This document shows, piece by piece, positions 1-8,902 of a stretch of DNA of 64,000 nucleotides. This DNA is from a virus (Duplodnaviria; Caudoviricetes): IMG/VR virus record IMGVR_UViG_3300020432_000004, one strand, 5' to 3'. Below the pieces are notes generated by a model that searched no databases, was not told where the DNA came from, and saw only the letters and a list, made by a program, of their open reading frames with translations. Both the position numbers and the translations under genes were made by a program. Positions within the stretch are counted from its first letter, which is position 1; every line of letters begins with the position of its first letter.

Positions 1-2
1 CT

Positions 3-404
3 TGTGATGCTACATTTGGCACACTATCACAGGAGAAAGTAAATAAGTTATTTACAGATGGTAGAAGAGCATCAGGATTTCTTGAGATTCAATTAGAAGA
101 GTGGTTTCCTAATCTTACATTTGAAGATGGTAAGGGATATGACCACGTTGATACAGATGGAGTCAAGTATGATGCAAAATGTTTTACCAGAGGTGGAGCA
201 AAATTTTGCCCAAGTGGTATGTTAGGTATGGGTAGAAAGGTTGATGAGAAAGAGTTATGGGAACACGCAGAGAATATGATTTACATATTTACAGATGTAG
301 TAGAGTTTCCAAAAGTTCAAGTTAGATTTGTAAAAGGTTCTGACTTGACACAATATACAAAAGGTTCAATTCCATTCAAAGATAGAAATGTTTTATTTGG
401 GTGA
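3..404 (+). CDS. 5'-truncated ORF, putative PD-(D/E)XK nuclease (restriction-endonuclease-like)
   Basis: Frame of the 219..404 ORF is open back to the window start (CDATFGTLSQEK...GKGYDHVDTDGVKYDAKCFTRGG...); D..D-x-K spacing fits the PD-(D/E)XK core; overlaps the downstream MTase start. Confidence 0.55.
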   Translation, partial: CDATFGTLSQEKVNKLFTDGRRASGFLEIQLEEWFPNLTFEDGKGYDHVDTDGVKYDAKCFTRGGAKFCPSGMLGMGRKVDEKELWEHAENMIYIFTDVVEFPKVQVRFVKGSDLTQYTKGSIPFKDRNVLFG

Positions 405-1173
405 TTGCATAGAAGGTATGCAGAAACTAGATGATAAATCAGTTGATGCTATAGTTACTTCTCCACCATACAATTTGAATATCAAATACAGTAAATATAA
501 TGATACTAAACCACTAGACCAGTATCTATCGTGGTTAGGTGATGTATTTACAGAGTGTAAACGTGTACTTAAAGATGAAGGTCATCTATTTGTTAACATG
601 GGATACTCAAATGTCAATCCTACTGTAGGTATAGATGTATGCTGTAAACTAAGAGATAATTATATCTTACAGAATCATATTACATGGGTTAAAAGTATTC
701 ATACTGATAAGACACATGGACATTTTAAACCTATCAATAGTAAGAGATTCTTATGCCCTACATGGGAGCATCTATTTCATTTTACAAAAGATGGTAAGGT
801 AGAAATTGATAGACTTGCAGTTGGTGTTAAGTATGAATACTATGAAGCAAATATCAGAGGTAATAATACTAAGGACAATAAACCTAACCTTAGAGACAAA
901 GGTAATACATGGTTCATACCTTATGAGACTAGACAAAGTAAACTAGAGAAAGGTAACCACCCCGCTATTTTTCCAGTTAAGTTAGTAGAAGATTGTTTAC
1001 TATTAACTGGTATCAGTAATGGTATTGTACTTGACCCATTTATGGGAACTGGAACTACAGCAGTAGCATCAGTTAACTTAGGATGGGATTATATTGGTTA
1101 TGATATTGACCCAGAGTATGTTAAGTATTCTAAACAAAGAGTAGAAGGTGGGTTGAAAAGTTTATTAAGATGA
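388..1173 (+). CDS. DNA methyltransferase, N4-C/N6-A, beta class
   Basis: GDC start, catalytic TSPPY, HPAIFP, C-terminal SAM-binding LDPFMGTGTT. Confidence 0.93.
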   Translation: MFYLGDCIEGMQKLDDKSVDAIVTSPPYNLNIKYSKYNDTKPLDQYLSWLGDVFTECKRVLKDEGHLFVNMGYSNVNPTVGIDVCCKLRDNYILQNHITWVKSIHTDKTHGHFKPINSKRFLCPTWEHLFHFTKDGKVEIDRLAVGVKYEYYEANIRGNNTKDNKPNLRDKGNTWFIPYETRQSKLEKGNHPAIFPVKLVEDCLLLTGISNGIVLDPFMGTGTTAVASVNLGWDYIGYDIDPEYVKYSKQRVEGGLKSLLR

Positions 1174-1181
1174 TATATAAT
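1153..1181 (+). promoter_or_regulatory. sigma70-type promoter
   Basis: TTGAAA-17 nt-TATAAT upstream of ORF 1256. Confidence 0.6.
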
Positions 1182-1255
1182 AATGAACAACGCAACTTTA
1201 GTGGAGACACACCAGTCAAGCAAGGTTGCAAAACGTATAACAACGGAGAAAAGAC

Positions 1256-2368
1256 ATGACACCATTAGAGGTGGGAGTATGGTATAGTTTACCAGGTATT
1301 CCAAACGTAGTCATTAGTTTACAGAAAACTAGTGATTTTTTAGCGTACCCAGAGTGGATAACTCAACGCAATACAAAACAAAGAGCAACTAAGAAAAGTG
1401 TAATAGATCACTTAAGGAAATTATTTCCTACACATCATATAGTTGGATTAGGTAAATTAACTAAGGATGATGAGTGGGAAGATGGCACAAAATATAGTGC
1501 AGGTACTATTTGGAGACTTGATGCTAACACTAGATCATACTTGTGGGAAGCAGGGAAAACAGATAGAACACCCGAAAATGTATTATGCGTGATGTATCTT
1601 GAAGATAGTTTAATAAAACTAAGGAGAACATACTGGACATTTGATAATCCTACAGCAGCAGAGGTCGCAGCAGAAGTTGTAACAGGATGTCAGAAGTCAC
1701 TAGGTATGAACTTGAAAACTAAGAAGTTTCAAGAAGGACAATATGTCACAGCATTATCATACTTATGTCAATATGATGACCCAGATAATTATGGTGTCAA
1801 GGGATTATGGACAGAGACAAATGACGATACTATAACTCAGAGTGAGTATCGTAGAACTAAAATGCAAAATGCTATCATGCAATATAAAGATGAAATTATT
1901 GCAGTTGATAACCTATTAAATCAAACTGGTATCAATAAGCATTTCGATCAAACGTTCATCACATCATTATTTCTACTTCACACTAGGAGAGGAACATTTC
2001 ATGATAATATAGAACTTATGATGAAACTAATTAATGAGAGAGTAGAGGATGAGTATGGGGATGTTGTTCCAATCTCAATGTCAACAAAAGGAAGATTAAA
2101 TGCTACTGGATGGATACAGAGAGAGAACAAACAACCCGCATTTGGTGGAACTGTTTACATACCTGATAGAGGTAAGATGGATGGATTTGCTCAGGGAGTG
2201 CCATTTTTTACATACTGGTTAGACATAGCAGTAGAGGAAGGATTAAAGCACAAACAGAATCAAGGAGCAAAAATAGGATACCAAAAATGGTTTCAAGAAT
2301 TTCTTGCTAGACCAAGATTCAAACAAATGAAAGAACAAGTACTAACTACTGGTATCTTAAACTACTAG
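1256..2368 (+). CDS. hypothetical protein, possible ParB/DGQHR-like N-terminal domain
   Basis: 370-aa ORF; QRN...RLDANTR resembles the ParB-like QR...DGxxR signature (weak). Confidence 0.6.
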   Translation: MTPLEVGVWYSLPGIPNVVISLQKTSDFLAYPEWITQRNTKQRATKKSVIDHLRKLFPTHHIVGLGKLTKDDEWEDGTKYSAGTIWRLDANTRSYLWEAGKTDRTPENVLCVMYLEDSLIKLRRTYWTFDNPTAAEVAAEVVTGCQKSLGMNLKTKKFQEGQYVTALSYLCQYDDPDNYGVKGLWTETNDDTITQSEYRRTKMQNAIMQYKDEIIAVDNLLNQTGINKHFDQTFITSLFLLHTRRGTFHDNIELMMKLINERVEDEYGDVVPISMSTKGRLNATGWIQRENKQPAFGGTVYIPDRGKMDGFAQGVPFFTYWLDIAVEEGLKHKQNQGAKIGYQKWFQEFLARPRFKQMKEQVLTTGILNY

Positions 2369-2394
2369 ACAAAAAACCTATTTTATACTATACT
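2366..2394 (+). promoter_or_regulatory. sigma70-type promoter, probably leaderless mRNA
   Basis: TAGACA-17-TATACT; ATG at 2400 sits at the expected start site. Confidence 0.5.
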
Positions 2395-2399
2395 AAGTT

Positions 2400-2576
2400 A
2401 TGAGAAAATTCTTTAGTCCAAAAGGACAAATCAGACTCATCAAAAAAGCACTCAAATCTGATACTCACTATACTAGTGAAGAGTTGATTAAATTAAAAAC
2501 ATCACTCAGAAAACTAGAGAAGGAAGTAGAGGAAGAGAGACAATTCCAAAATGGAGGATTTGGTTATGACATTTAA
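2400..2576 (+). CDS. hypothetical 58-aa protein (MRKFFSPKGQIRLIKKALK...GGFGYDI)
   Basis: Read manually; fills the gap, promoter upstream, below ORF-track cutoff. Confidence 0.65.
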   Translation: MRKFFSPKGQIRLIKKALKSDTHYTSEELIKLKTSLRKLEKEVEEERQFQNGGFGYDI

Positions 2577-2694
2577 TGTCTATGAAATTATCGAGGACAA
2601 GAAAACTAAAGTCCAAGAGGAAGAAGAAGAGTGGGTATCTGAAATTATTGGTTCAGAGGATGATGAACTAAAACGACTAATACAGGAGTTTTAA
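2566..2694 (+). CDS. hypothetical acidic 42-aa protein
   Basis: GGAGG upstream; stop abuts the next ATG. Confidence 0.55.
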   Translation: MTFNVYEIIEDKKTKVQEEEEEWVSEIIGSEDDELKRLIQEF

Positions 2695-3048
2695 ATGAAC
2701 AGGTATCAAGTATGGTTACAACGTGATAATGGTATTCCAAAAACTGTTATTGTTGATGATTGCTATTATGAAGATGAAGCAAGACTATTAGCAGAATCAC
2801 AGTATGGATTACCAGTATCAAAAGTATTGTATCAAGGCAAATCAAATACAGGTCAATATCAACATGACTTAGAACCCCCATATCCAGACTATAATAAAAA
2901 TATATTCAGAAATGGTATATTTGATTTACAGGTTATTGGCACACTTGGAGGATTACTATTATTGTTTGTTTTTATACAATACTGGTACTTATTTGTTGGT
3001 GCTATGATAATTGGAACTGTATATTGTATCGTTAAAGACGAAAACTAA
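2695..3048 (+). CDS. hypothetical protein with C-terminal membrane anchor
   Basis: AGGAG RBS; hydrophobic C-terminus. Confidence 0.7.
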   Translation: MNRYQVWLQRDNGIPKTVIVDDCYYEDEARLLAESQYGLPVSKVLYQGKSNTGQYQHDLEPPYPDYNKNIFRNGIFDLQVIGTLGGLLLLFVFIQYWYLFVGAMIIGTVYCIVKDEN

Positions 3049-3099
3049 AATAGGCATAAATTCTTGTTACTTTTTACATTAATTTAATGATCTTATTTC

Positions 3100-3105
3100 T
3101 AAATA
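3100..3105 (+). promoter_or_regulatory. T4-type late promoter (TAAATA)
   Basis: CTAAATA in intergenic DNA upstream of the 3121-3344 unit. Confidence 0.5.
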
Positions 3106-3185
3106 ATAATGTAGAACTAAGGAGTAACAAGATGCACTAAATCTCATATATTATGAGACTATGTAAACATTACTAGGAGGTTTGT

Positions 3186-3344
3186 ATGACCAACAATTTG
3201 TCTTTCAATCAAATGGCACATTGGAAACATGATGTTAATTATAATTCTCAAGAGAATAAAATAGACGAGTACTTTGAATGTCTAATTGATTGCAAAGATA
3301 ATGATAGAATGTGTAAATCATATTGCACAGAACTACTGAATTAG
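3186..3344 (+). CDS. small Cys-rich protein, 52 aa (..DEYFECLIDC-x6-CKSYC..)
   Basis: Strong AGGAGG RBS; four-Cys pattern; terminator follows. Confidence 0.75.
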   Translation: MTNNLSFNQMAHWKHDVNYNSQENKIDEYFECLIDCKDNDRMCKSYCTELLN

Positions 3345-3366
3345 AGGGAATCAACCGAATATCTAC

Positions 3367-3391
3367 AGAGGGTTGCATAACCCTCTTTTTT
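3367..3391 (+). terminator. Rho-independent terminator overlapping a TTGCAT-17-TATAAT promoter (3373-3401)
   Basis: AGAGGGTT-gcat-AACCCTCT plus T-run. Confidence 0.8.
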
Positions 3392-3423
3392 ATTGTATAA
3401 TATTAAATGATATTATATTTAAT

Positions 3424-3507
3424 ATGAATAACATAGGTTTAGAAGTTGTATTCTGGACAGTATTAACAATTTATCTTTTAACAAAGTTAGGAGTCTTTAA
3501 AAAATGA
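3424..3507 (+). CDS. 27-aa single-TM peptide (MNNIGLEVVFWTVLTIYLLTKLGVFKK)
   Basis: Downstream of a promoter; ATGA overlap with ORF 3504. Confidence 0.6.
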   Translation: MNNIGLEVVFWTVLTIYLLTKLGVFKK

Positions 3508-3806
3508 AACTAACTCAAGAGATTATCGACCAGATACAGGAAGCAATGCTACACACCAAAAAGGATGGTAGTATTAATTGGAGTGATGATGATGAACTTG
3601 TAGTACAATTAGCAGGGACATTTGCTAACGATAGATTTATTGTAATTAAGAATAAAACTAAAGACCCAGTTATTAGTGCTAAACCTCATCCATATTATGA
3701 TTATGAGAAGAATGTATTTACAAAAGATGGTAGAGAAGAGTATATGAAGGAGCAAAAAGAGTTAGCAACTAAAAGATTACATAATGACATAAAGAAATCA
3801 CAATGA
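3504..3806 (+). CDS. hypothetical protein
   Basis: AGGAG RBS; ATGA coupling to the MTase. Confidence 0.75.
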   Translation: MKLTQEIIDQIQEAMLHTKKDGSINWSDDDELVVQLAGTFANDRFIVIKNKTKDPVISAKPHPYYDYEKNVFTKDGREEYMKEQKELATKRLHNDIKKSQ

Positions 3807-4930
3807 AAGATACAATCTTATTTGGAGACTGTCGTGAAACACTTAAGAATCTAACAAATTCAAGTGTGCGAACGTGTGTTACATCCCCCCCATATTACGG
3901 TCTTAGGGATTATGGCACAGCAACATGGATAGGGGGAGACCCTAATTGCAACCATAGGAGAGATAGTAAAGTCAAACCTGAGAATTGTAATACAGGACAT
4001 AAGAATCATGATGAAATGTATGGAGTAGGGGATGCAATATATAAAACTGTTTGCCCTAAGTGTGGTGCAATAAGACAAGATAGTCAATTAGGACTCGAAG
4101 AAACACCAGAAGAATATATTGAAAGTCTTGTAGATGTATTTCGTAGTGTCAGGGATGTTTTAACTGATGATGGAACTTTATGGGTTAATTTAGGAGATAG
4201 TTATTATAACTATAGACCAGGAAAAGGTCAATCATATCCTAAACAGTCAGTATCTAAAACTAAACAAGATTTACCTGATGAATGTAATAAACGTGGTAAC
4301 AAATTAGATGGATTAAAAGAGAAAGATTTAATCGGCATCCCTTGGATGTTTGCGTTTGCTATGCGTAAAGATGGATGGTATTTAAGACAAGATATTATCT
4401 GGCATAAACCTAATCCAATGCCAGAAAGTGTAAAAGATAGATGTACTAAATCACATGAGTATATCTTTTTATTCAGTAAAAACAGAAAGTATTTTTATGA
4501 CAATGAATCAATCAAAGAACCAGTCAAACAAGACTGGGGAACAAGAAACCGCACAAATGGTAAGTACCATAATATTGGTAGTGGGTTATCTCCTCATAGT
4601 GGTCTTACCAAGTCTTATGACAGGAAGAATAAACGATCTGTTTGGTCAGTAACAGTTAAACCATATAAGGAAGCACATTTTGCTACTTATCCACCTGACT
4701 TAATCGAACCTTGCATTAAAGCAGGGAGTGAAGAAGGAGATACAATACTTGACCCATTTATGGGTGCAGGAACTACAGCGGCAGTTGCAAAGTCACTTAA
4801 TCGTTATTATATTGGATGTGAACTCAATGAAGATTATGGTAACTTAATTCAGAAAAGAATTGATGACTACTATCAACCAGTTGAAGAAGTGTCACAAAAT
4901 GGACTGACAGAACTTATTGATACACTATAA
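3803..4930 (+). CDS. DNA methyltransferase, N4-C/N6-A, beta class, with Cys/His-rich insert
   Basis: TSPPYY, IIWHKPNPMPESVKDRCTKSHEYIF, HFATYP, LDPFMGAGTT. Confidence 0.93.
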   Translation: MKDTILFGDCRETLKNLTNSSVRTCVTSPPYYGLRDYGTATWIGGDPNCNHRRDSKVKPENCNTGHKNHDEMYGVGDAIYKTVCPKCGAIRQDSQLGLEETPEEYIESLVDVFRSVRDVLTDDGTLWVNLGDSYYNYRPGKGQSYPKQSVSKTKQDLPDECNKRGNKLDGLKEKDLIGIPWMFAFAMRKDGWYLRQDIIWHKPNPMPESVKDRCTKSHEYIFLFSKNRKYFYDNESIKEPVKQDWGTRNRTNGKYHNIGSGLSPHSGLTKSYDRKNKRSVWSVTVKPYKEAHFATYPPDLIEPCIKAGSEEGDTILDPFMGAGTTAAVAKSLNRYYIGCELNEDYGNLIQKRIDDYYQPVEEVSQNGLTELIDTL

Positions 4931-4931
4931 T
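4873..4931 (+). promoter_or_regulatory. early dyad promoter element, copy 1
   Basis: accagt-N6-agtgtcaca, 29 nt, TATAAT. Confidence 0.7.
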
Positions 4932-4957
4932 AAAGGAGTCACTCAGACTTTCCCTAA

Positions 4958-5161
4958 TTGACACAACTACAACCTAAACCAACTCGCAAGAGAAGGACAC
5001 GTACTACTTCAAAAATAAATAAAACAAAACCAACCACACAAAAAATGGAAGTAGTCATTACAGAGGATACAAGAGAGAACAAACTTGATACGTTTAGTAT
5101 TATTATTTTACCATTTCTCTATCTTGAAGCATTTGTAAAACTTATCTTGCAAGTCAAGTGA
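4958..5161 (+). CDS. hypothetical protein (basic N-terminus, hydrophobic C-terminus)
   Basis: ORF directly after dyad promoter 1; start uncertain. Confidence 0.55.
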   Translation: MTQLQPKPTRKRRTRTTSKINKTKPTTQKMEVVITEDTRENKLDTFSIIILPFLYLEAFVKLILQVK

Positions 5162-5214
5162 CACTCACATAACTGACTACCCCTCTTAACAGAGGGGTTT
5201 TTTTATGCTATACT
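5157..5214 (+). promoter_or_regulatory. early dyad promoter element, copy 2 (degenerate), enclosing a terminator
   Basis: agtgacact-N6-actgactac, 28 nt, TGcTATACT. Confidence 0.5.
5179..5204 (+). terminator. Rho-independent terminator
   Basis: ACCCCTCT-taac-AGAGGGGT plus T-run. Confidence 0.8.
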
Positions 5215-5236
5215 ACATTTATTGATATTATATTTA

Positions 5237-6505
5237 ATGACCATTTCTTTGAGACCACATCAAAAAACTTGTTTAAATGCAATGTGGAAGAATGATAAGG
5301 GACAGATCATAGTGCCTACTGGCGGTGGTAAAACTTATATTATGATCGCTGATTTCATGAAGGAATTACAAGTAAGAAAAGCACATACTACAGTTGTAGT
5401 AGCACCTCGCATATTACTTGCAAATCAATTATGTTCTGATTTCTTTGAACATAACCTAGACAATAATCATAATCTTTCAATTCAATGTATGCATGTACAT
5501 AGTGGTGAGACTGGACATTATTCGACAACAAAAGCAAAAGATATTATGATGTGGCATCTAATGTCTAATGTTAATGAAGCGAGAATAATCTTTACAACTT
5601 ATCATTCATTACACAGAATAGTTGAGAGTAATATTCCAGTTGATACAATATACTTTGATGAAGCACATAACTCAACTGGTAAGAACTTCTTTAATGCAGT
5701 TAAAACAATATCAAAACGTATTGATAATAATTGTGGTAGTGCATACTTCTTTACAGCAACACCGAGATATGGTAGAGGTAAGTCAGAAGAGAGAGGTATG
5801 CAAAATTCTGATGTGTATGGACATGAGATAGCAAAAGTAAGTGCTAAAGAGTTAATTGACAATGGTATTATATTACCACCTATGATAGTTCCCTTTGATT
5901 CTAACTTGAATAGAAATAAAGTTAATGCTCATGAAGTTGATGCTAGTAACCTTAAATCTATTCTTACTGATACAATAGAGGATGATTCTAAAGTATTAGT
6001 ATCAGCACCAAGTACTAGAGTCTTAATGAATATGCTATCAAGGACAGATATACTAGAGTGGTTTAAGGAAAATGGATTTGATGTATTACATATTACATCT
6101 AAGTATGGTGCAGTCATCAATGGTAAGAAAGTAGGTAGAGATCAATTCTTTGATACTCTCAATGAGTGGGGACATACAGATAGAAAGTTTGTTGTTTTCC
6201 ATTATTCTATATTATCTGAAGGTATCAATGTAGCAGGTTTAACTCATACAGTATTACTACGCAACTTGCCTGTTATTGAAATGGCACAAACAATAGGTAG
6301 AGTAATAAGGATACATCCTGATGATCGTAAATCAGTTGCTGATGGTATTATACCAGTAGCACAATATTCTTTATATCGCAAGTCCTATGGTAACGTAACA
6401 GTTCCCCTATGCGGTAAGCATGGACAGAAAATTGCTGATAGACTCAATAATGTAGTCAATCAAATATTTGTAGAGGGAAATCCACCAATAGCGTGGGCAT
6501 CATAG
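5237..6505 (+). CDS. SF2 DEAH-box helicase (type III restriction Res/UvsW-like)
   Basis: LRPHQ, VPTGGGKT, DEAH, TATP, SEGINV, QTIGRVIR; ATG 5237 preferred over TTG 5222. Confidence 0.9.
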   Translation: MTISLRPHQKTCLNAMWKNDKGQIIVPTGGGKTYIMIADFMKELQVRKAHTTVVVAPRILLANQLCSDFFEHNLDNNHNLSIQCMHVHSGETGHYSTTKAKDIMMWHLMSNVNEARIIFTTYHSLHRIVESNIPVDTIYFDEAHNSTGKNFFNAVKTISKRIDNNCGSAYFFTATPRYGRGKSEERGMQNSDVYGHEIAKVSAKELIDNGIILPPMIVPFDSNLNRNKVNAHEVDASNLKSILTDTIEDDSKVLVSAPSTRVLMNMLSRTDILEWFKENGFDVLHITSKYGAVINGKKVGRDQFFDTLNEWGHTDRKFVVFHYSILSEGINVAGLTHTVLLRNLPVIEMAQTIGRVIRIHPDDRKSVADGIIPVAQYSLYRKSYGNVTVPLCGKHGQKIADRLNNVVNQIFVEGNPPIAWAS

Positions 6506-6562
6506 GACAGTTCAACAAAGTGGCACACAGTACTACCATTATGGTATCAAATGCAGTATTAT
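6503..6562 (+). promoter_or_regulatory. early dyad promoter element, copy 3
   Basis: taggacagt-N7-agtggcaca, internal TACCATTATGGTA hairpin, 29 nt, TATTAT(AAT). Confidence 0.75.
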
Positions 6563-6586
6563 AATAATATCAACAGCAAAAGCAAC

Positions 6587-6811
6587 ATGATTCATTCACT
6601 TCACTTTGGCAGAGTATTCTGGTTAAACCTTGATAATGAACTCATGTCAGCACCTTGGTTGAAGGATGGCACAGTTTTAGATGGCACATTTGGAACTGAA
6701 GATCAATCTGATTATGTTAGTGAGTGGACTGATCTCGAAGGTTTAAATCTTGAGAGATTACTTGACATTCATAAAGACCTGATTATTGCATCACTAGGAG
6801 AGCAAAAATGA
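6587..6811 (+). CDS. hypothetical early protein
   Basis: Start moved to ATG 6587 because ATG 6551 lies inside the promoter. Confidence 0.7.
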   Translation: MIHSLHFGRVFWLNLDNELMSAPWLKDGTVLDGTFGTEDQSDYVSEWTDLEGLNLERLLDIHKDLIIASLGEQK

Positions 6812-6963
6812 ACCAGTCTTATACTAAAGACATTCAAGTCAATGTCACATTTGATGAAAAGTATCAATTTGACAAACTATATGATATACTAAGAGATATG
6901 GATTTTCCACTCACTAGTAAACAACATAGTGTATTTGAAAAAATCTTATTAGGAAACAACTAA
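6808..6963 (+). CDS. hypothetical 51-aa early protein
   Basis: AGGAG RBS; coupled to both neighbours. Confidence 0.65.
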   Translation: MNQSYTKDIQVNVTFDEKYQFDKLYDILRDMDFPLTSKQHSVFEKILLGNN

Positions 6964-7172
6964 TGAAAACAGCAGTATTTCAAGTAAGACTTGAAGCAAC
7001 ACCCGAAGCAGAAATCAATCCGTTTCACTTAGCAGAAGAGATACAGGCATATCTTAATGCTCATGTATGTTCAGTAAATGATACTACTGATACATTCGAG
7101 GATGTTAGAGTAATTGGATACAAATTTGATTACGATAACTTTATTCCTACTCAATTCGATTACGAGATTTAA
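6963..7172 (+). CDS. hypothetical early protein
   Basis: TAATG coupling. Confidence 0.7.
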   Translation: MKTAVFQVRLEATPEAEINPFHLAEEIQAYLNAHVCSVNDTTDTFEDVRVIGYKFDYDNFIPTQFDYEI

Positions 7173-7173
7173 A

Positions 7174-7311
7174 ATGAACATTCCAACTTACGATTTTCCC
7201 CATTCACCAATATTAATTATTGGATTCTTTGGTATATTAACAGCACTTACAGTACTATTTGTTGCTAATAGATCATACTTTGATAGTCCATTCAATGCTG
7301 ATAAAAAATGA
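7174..7311 (+). CDS. small single-TM protein, 45 aa
   Basis: Hydrophobic ILIIGFFGILTALTVLFV; start at ATG 7174. Confidence 0.6.
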   Translation: MNIPTYDFPHSPILIIGFFGILTALTVLFVANRSYFDSPFNADKK

Positions 7312-7526
7312 GAGCAACAGTAACATTTGAAATATCAGAAGAAGAAATTGAATTATTTAAGGATAATCTTAATTTCTTTACTGAAGAAGTTGACCTTAAT
7401 GGTAACAGTTGTTCAGAAGAGAGAGCAATTAATCACTTGCTAGGATGTATCAGAAATGAGAACATACGCAATATCCAATACTTAAATAAACCAATTCGCC
7501 CAGTTCACATTTATTTCAATGACTAA
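7308..7526 (+). CDS. hypothetical early protein
   Basis: ATGA coupling. Confidence 0.65.
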   Translation: MRATVTFEISEEEIELFKDNLNFFTEEVDLNGNSCSEERAINHLLGCIRNENIRNIQYLNKPIRPVHIYFND

Positions 7527-7785
7527 AAAAGTTTATCACGTTAAATGCTCAGAGACAGTAGAGTTTACTGTATCAATCGAAGCAGAGTCCGAAGAGGAAG
7601 CAAGAGAACTAGCAGTAGAGGACATTAACTCACATGAAGTTATTGCAGAGTCAACAACCGACTGGGATATTGACGAGATTATACTAGAGCAAGAAGAGTG
7701 GTATAATCAACCCGACCCAGTTGGACTAGAGTCAGTTACGGATGCTGATTATAACTCAGAAGGTGAGTTAAAAGATCAAGCATAG
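7519..7785 (+). CDS. acidic early protein (IEAESEEEA motif)
   Basis: ORF track; ends inside dyad copy 4. Confidence 0.7.
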   Translation: MTKKVYHVKCSETVEFTVSIEAESEEEARELAVEDINSHEVIAESTTDWDIDEIILEQEEWYNQPDPVGLESVTDADYNSEGELKDQA

Positions 7786-7841
7786 GACAGTACTACTAGT
7801 GGCACATTGTTTTACCATTATGGTATTATTCACAGTATTAT
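7783..7841 (+). promoter_or_regulatory. early dyad promoter element, copy 4
   Basis: taggacagt-N6-agtggcaca, TACCATTATGGTA hairpin, 29 nt, TATTAT(AAT). Confidence 0.75.
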
Positions 7842-7868
7842 AATAATATACAAATTCAATTAAAGATC

Positions 7869-8009
7869 ATGAGAACTTTAAAACTTGATGAAAAGCAGAA
7901 TGAAACACTTGAAGCAATGCTTAAGTATTTCTATGAAATCAAGATCAATCCAAAATATGAAAAAGGATTTATCGCATTATGGGATAACTTTCAAGATCAG
8001 GGAGAGTAA
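7869..8009 (+). CDS. hypothetical 46-aa early protein
   Basis: Read manually; first ORF after promoter copy 4. Confidence 0.6.
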   Translation: MRTLKLDEKQNETLEAMLKYFYEIKINPKYEKGFIALWDNFQDQGE

Positions 8010-8011
8010 TT

Positions 8012-8179
8012 ATGCCAATTATTAAGTTAACAATCGAAGAGCATCAATCACTCACTCGATTTTTAAGTCATCCTAAAGCAATGAAATATAGGAGTGACTT
8101 ATATGACACAGAAACTTTTGACTCAATGGAAGATAAAGTTTATGATGCAGTAAACAATTTAACAGTAGAGGATTTTTAA
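8012..8179 (+). CDS. hypothetical 55-aa early protein
   Basis: GGAG RBS; stop abuts the next ATG. Confidence 0.65.
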   Translation: MPIIKLTIEEHQSLTRFLSHPKAMKYRSDLYDTETFDSMEDKVYDAVNNLTVEDF

Positions 8180-8407
8180 ATGGATTTAAAACTATCAGAT
8201 AAAGAGTTTAACATACTAAAAGAGTTTTATGTTGAGCGATTAGTTGATAATATGTCAACAAAAGATTTAGTACAATATGTAAGTGATGACCTAACAAAAT
8301 GGGTGGATTCATTAACATATAATGAAGCAATAGTTGAATTTCAAGAATACTGGGATGAGTATTTTACTGACACTATTGAAGAAGTAAGGGAGTGCATCAA
8401 TGAGTAA
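8180..8407 (+). CDS. acidic early protein
   Basis: GAGG RBS; ORF track. Confidence 0.75.
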   Translation: MDLKLSDKEFNILKEFYVERLVDNMSTKDLVQYVSDDLTKWVDSLTYNEAIVEFQEYWDEYFTDTIEEVRECINE

Positions 8408-8672
8408 TATTGAAAACAAGTATTCAGATTATGACTGTTACAAAAAAGAGGAAGATTTAAACAGAAAACATAATCTAACATTAACAGAAGGTCAAATCTC
8501 AACTATCCTATACACAATGGAAGGATATATGCAGGGAAGTGATGATGCAGAAGATAGCGACTTTCATAAGGATGTTGATTCTATATTTGAAGTATTAGAA
8601 ACAACTATTGATAAGTTTTATGATAAACTTGCTAAACTTAAAGCATCAAAACCAAAACCAGAGTGGGATTAA
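8400..8672 (+). CDS. acidic early protein
   Basis: GGAG RBS; ORF track. Confidence 0.75.
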   Translation: MSNIENKYSDYDCYKKEEDLNRKHNLTLTEGQISTILYTMEGYMQGSDDAEDSDFHKDVDSIFEVLETTIDKFYDKLAKLKASKPKPEWD

Positions 8673-8828
8673 ATGATGACTGTTAAAGAAGAACTATTCG
8701 ATCAAATCGAAGAATTAAATACAAGTCTAAGAGAACTAACCGATTATGAGTTAGTTGACTGTAGAAATGCTCTCATCAATAGAACTAACATATTAATGGG
8801 ACTATTGGATGAGTTAGAGGACAGTTAA
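8673..8828 (+). CDS. hypothetical 51-aa early protein
   Basis: Abuts previous stop; ends inside dyad copy 5. Confidence 0.6.
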   Translation: MMTVKEELFDQIEELNTSLRELTDYELVDCRNALINRTNILMGLLDELEDS

Positions 8829-8875
8829 TTATGTGTCACAATGTACCACGCATAGGTTACAAAATACCTTATAAT
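8817..8875 (+). promoter_or_regulatory. early dyad promoter element, copy 5
   Basis: gaggacagt-N6-tgtgtcaca, 29 nt, TATAAT. Confidence 0.75.
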
Positions 8876-8902
8876 AAGAGTATTCAAACATCATTAAACA
8901 AA

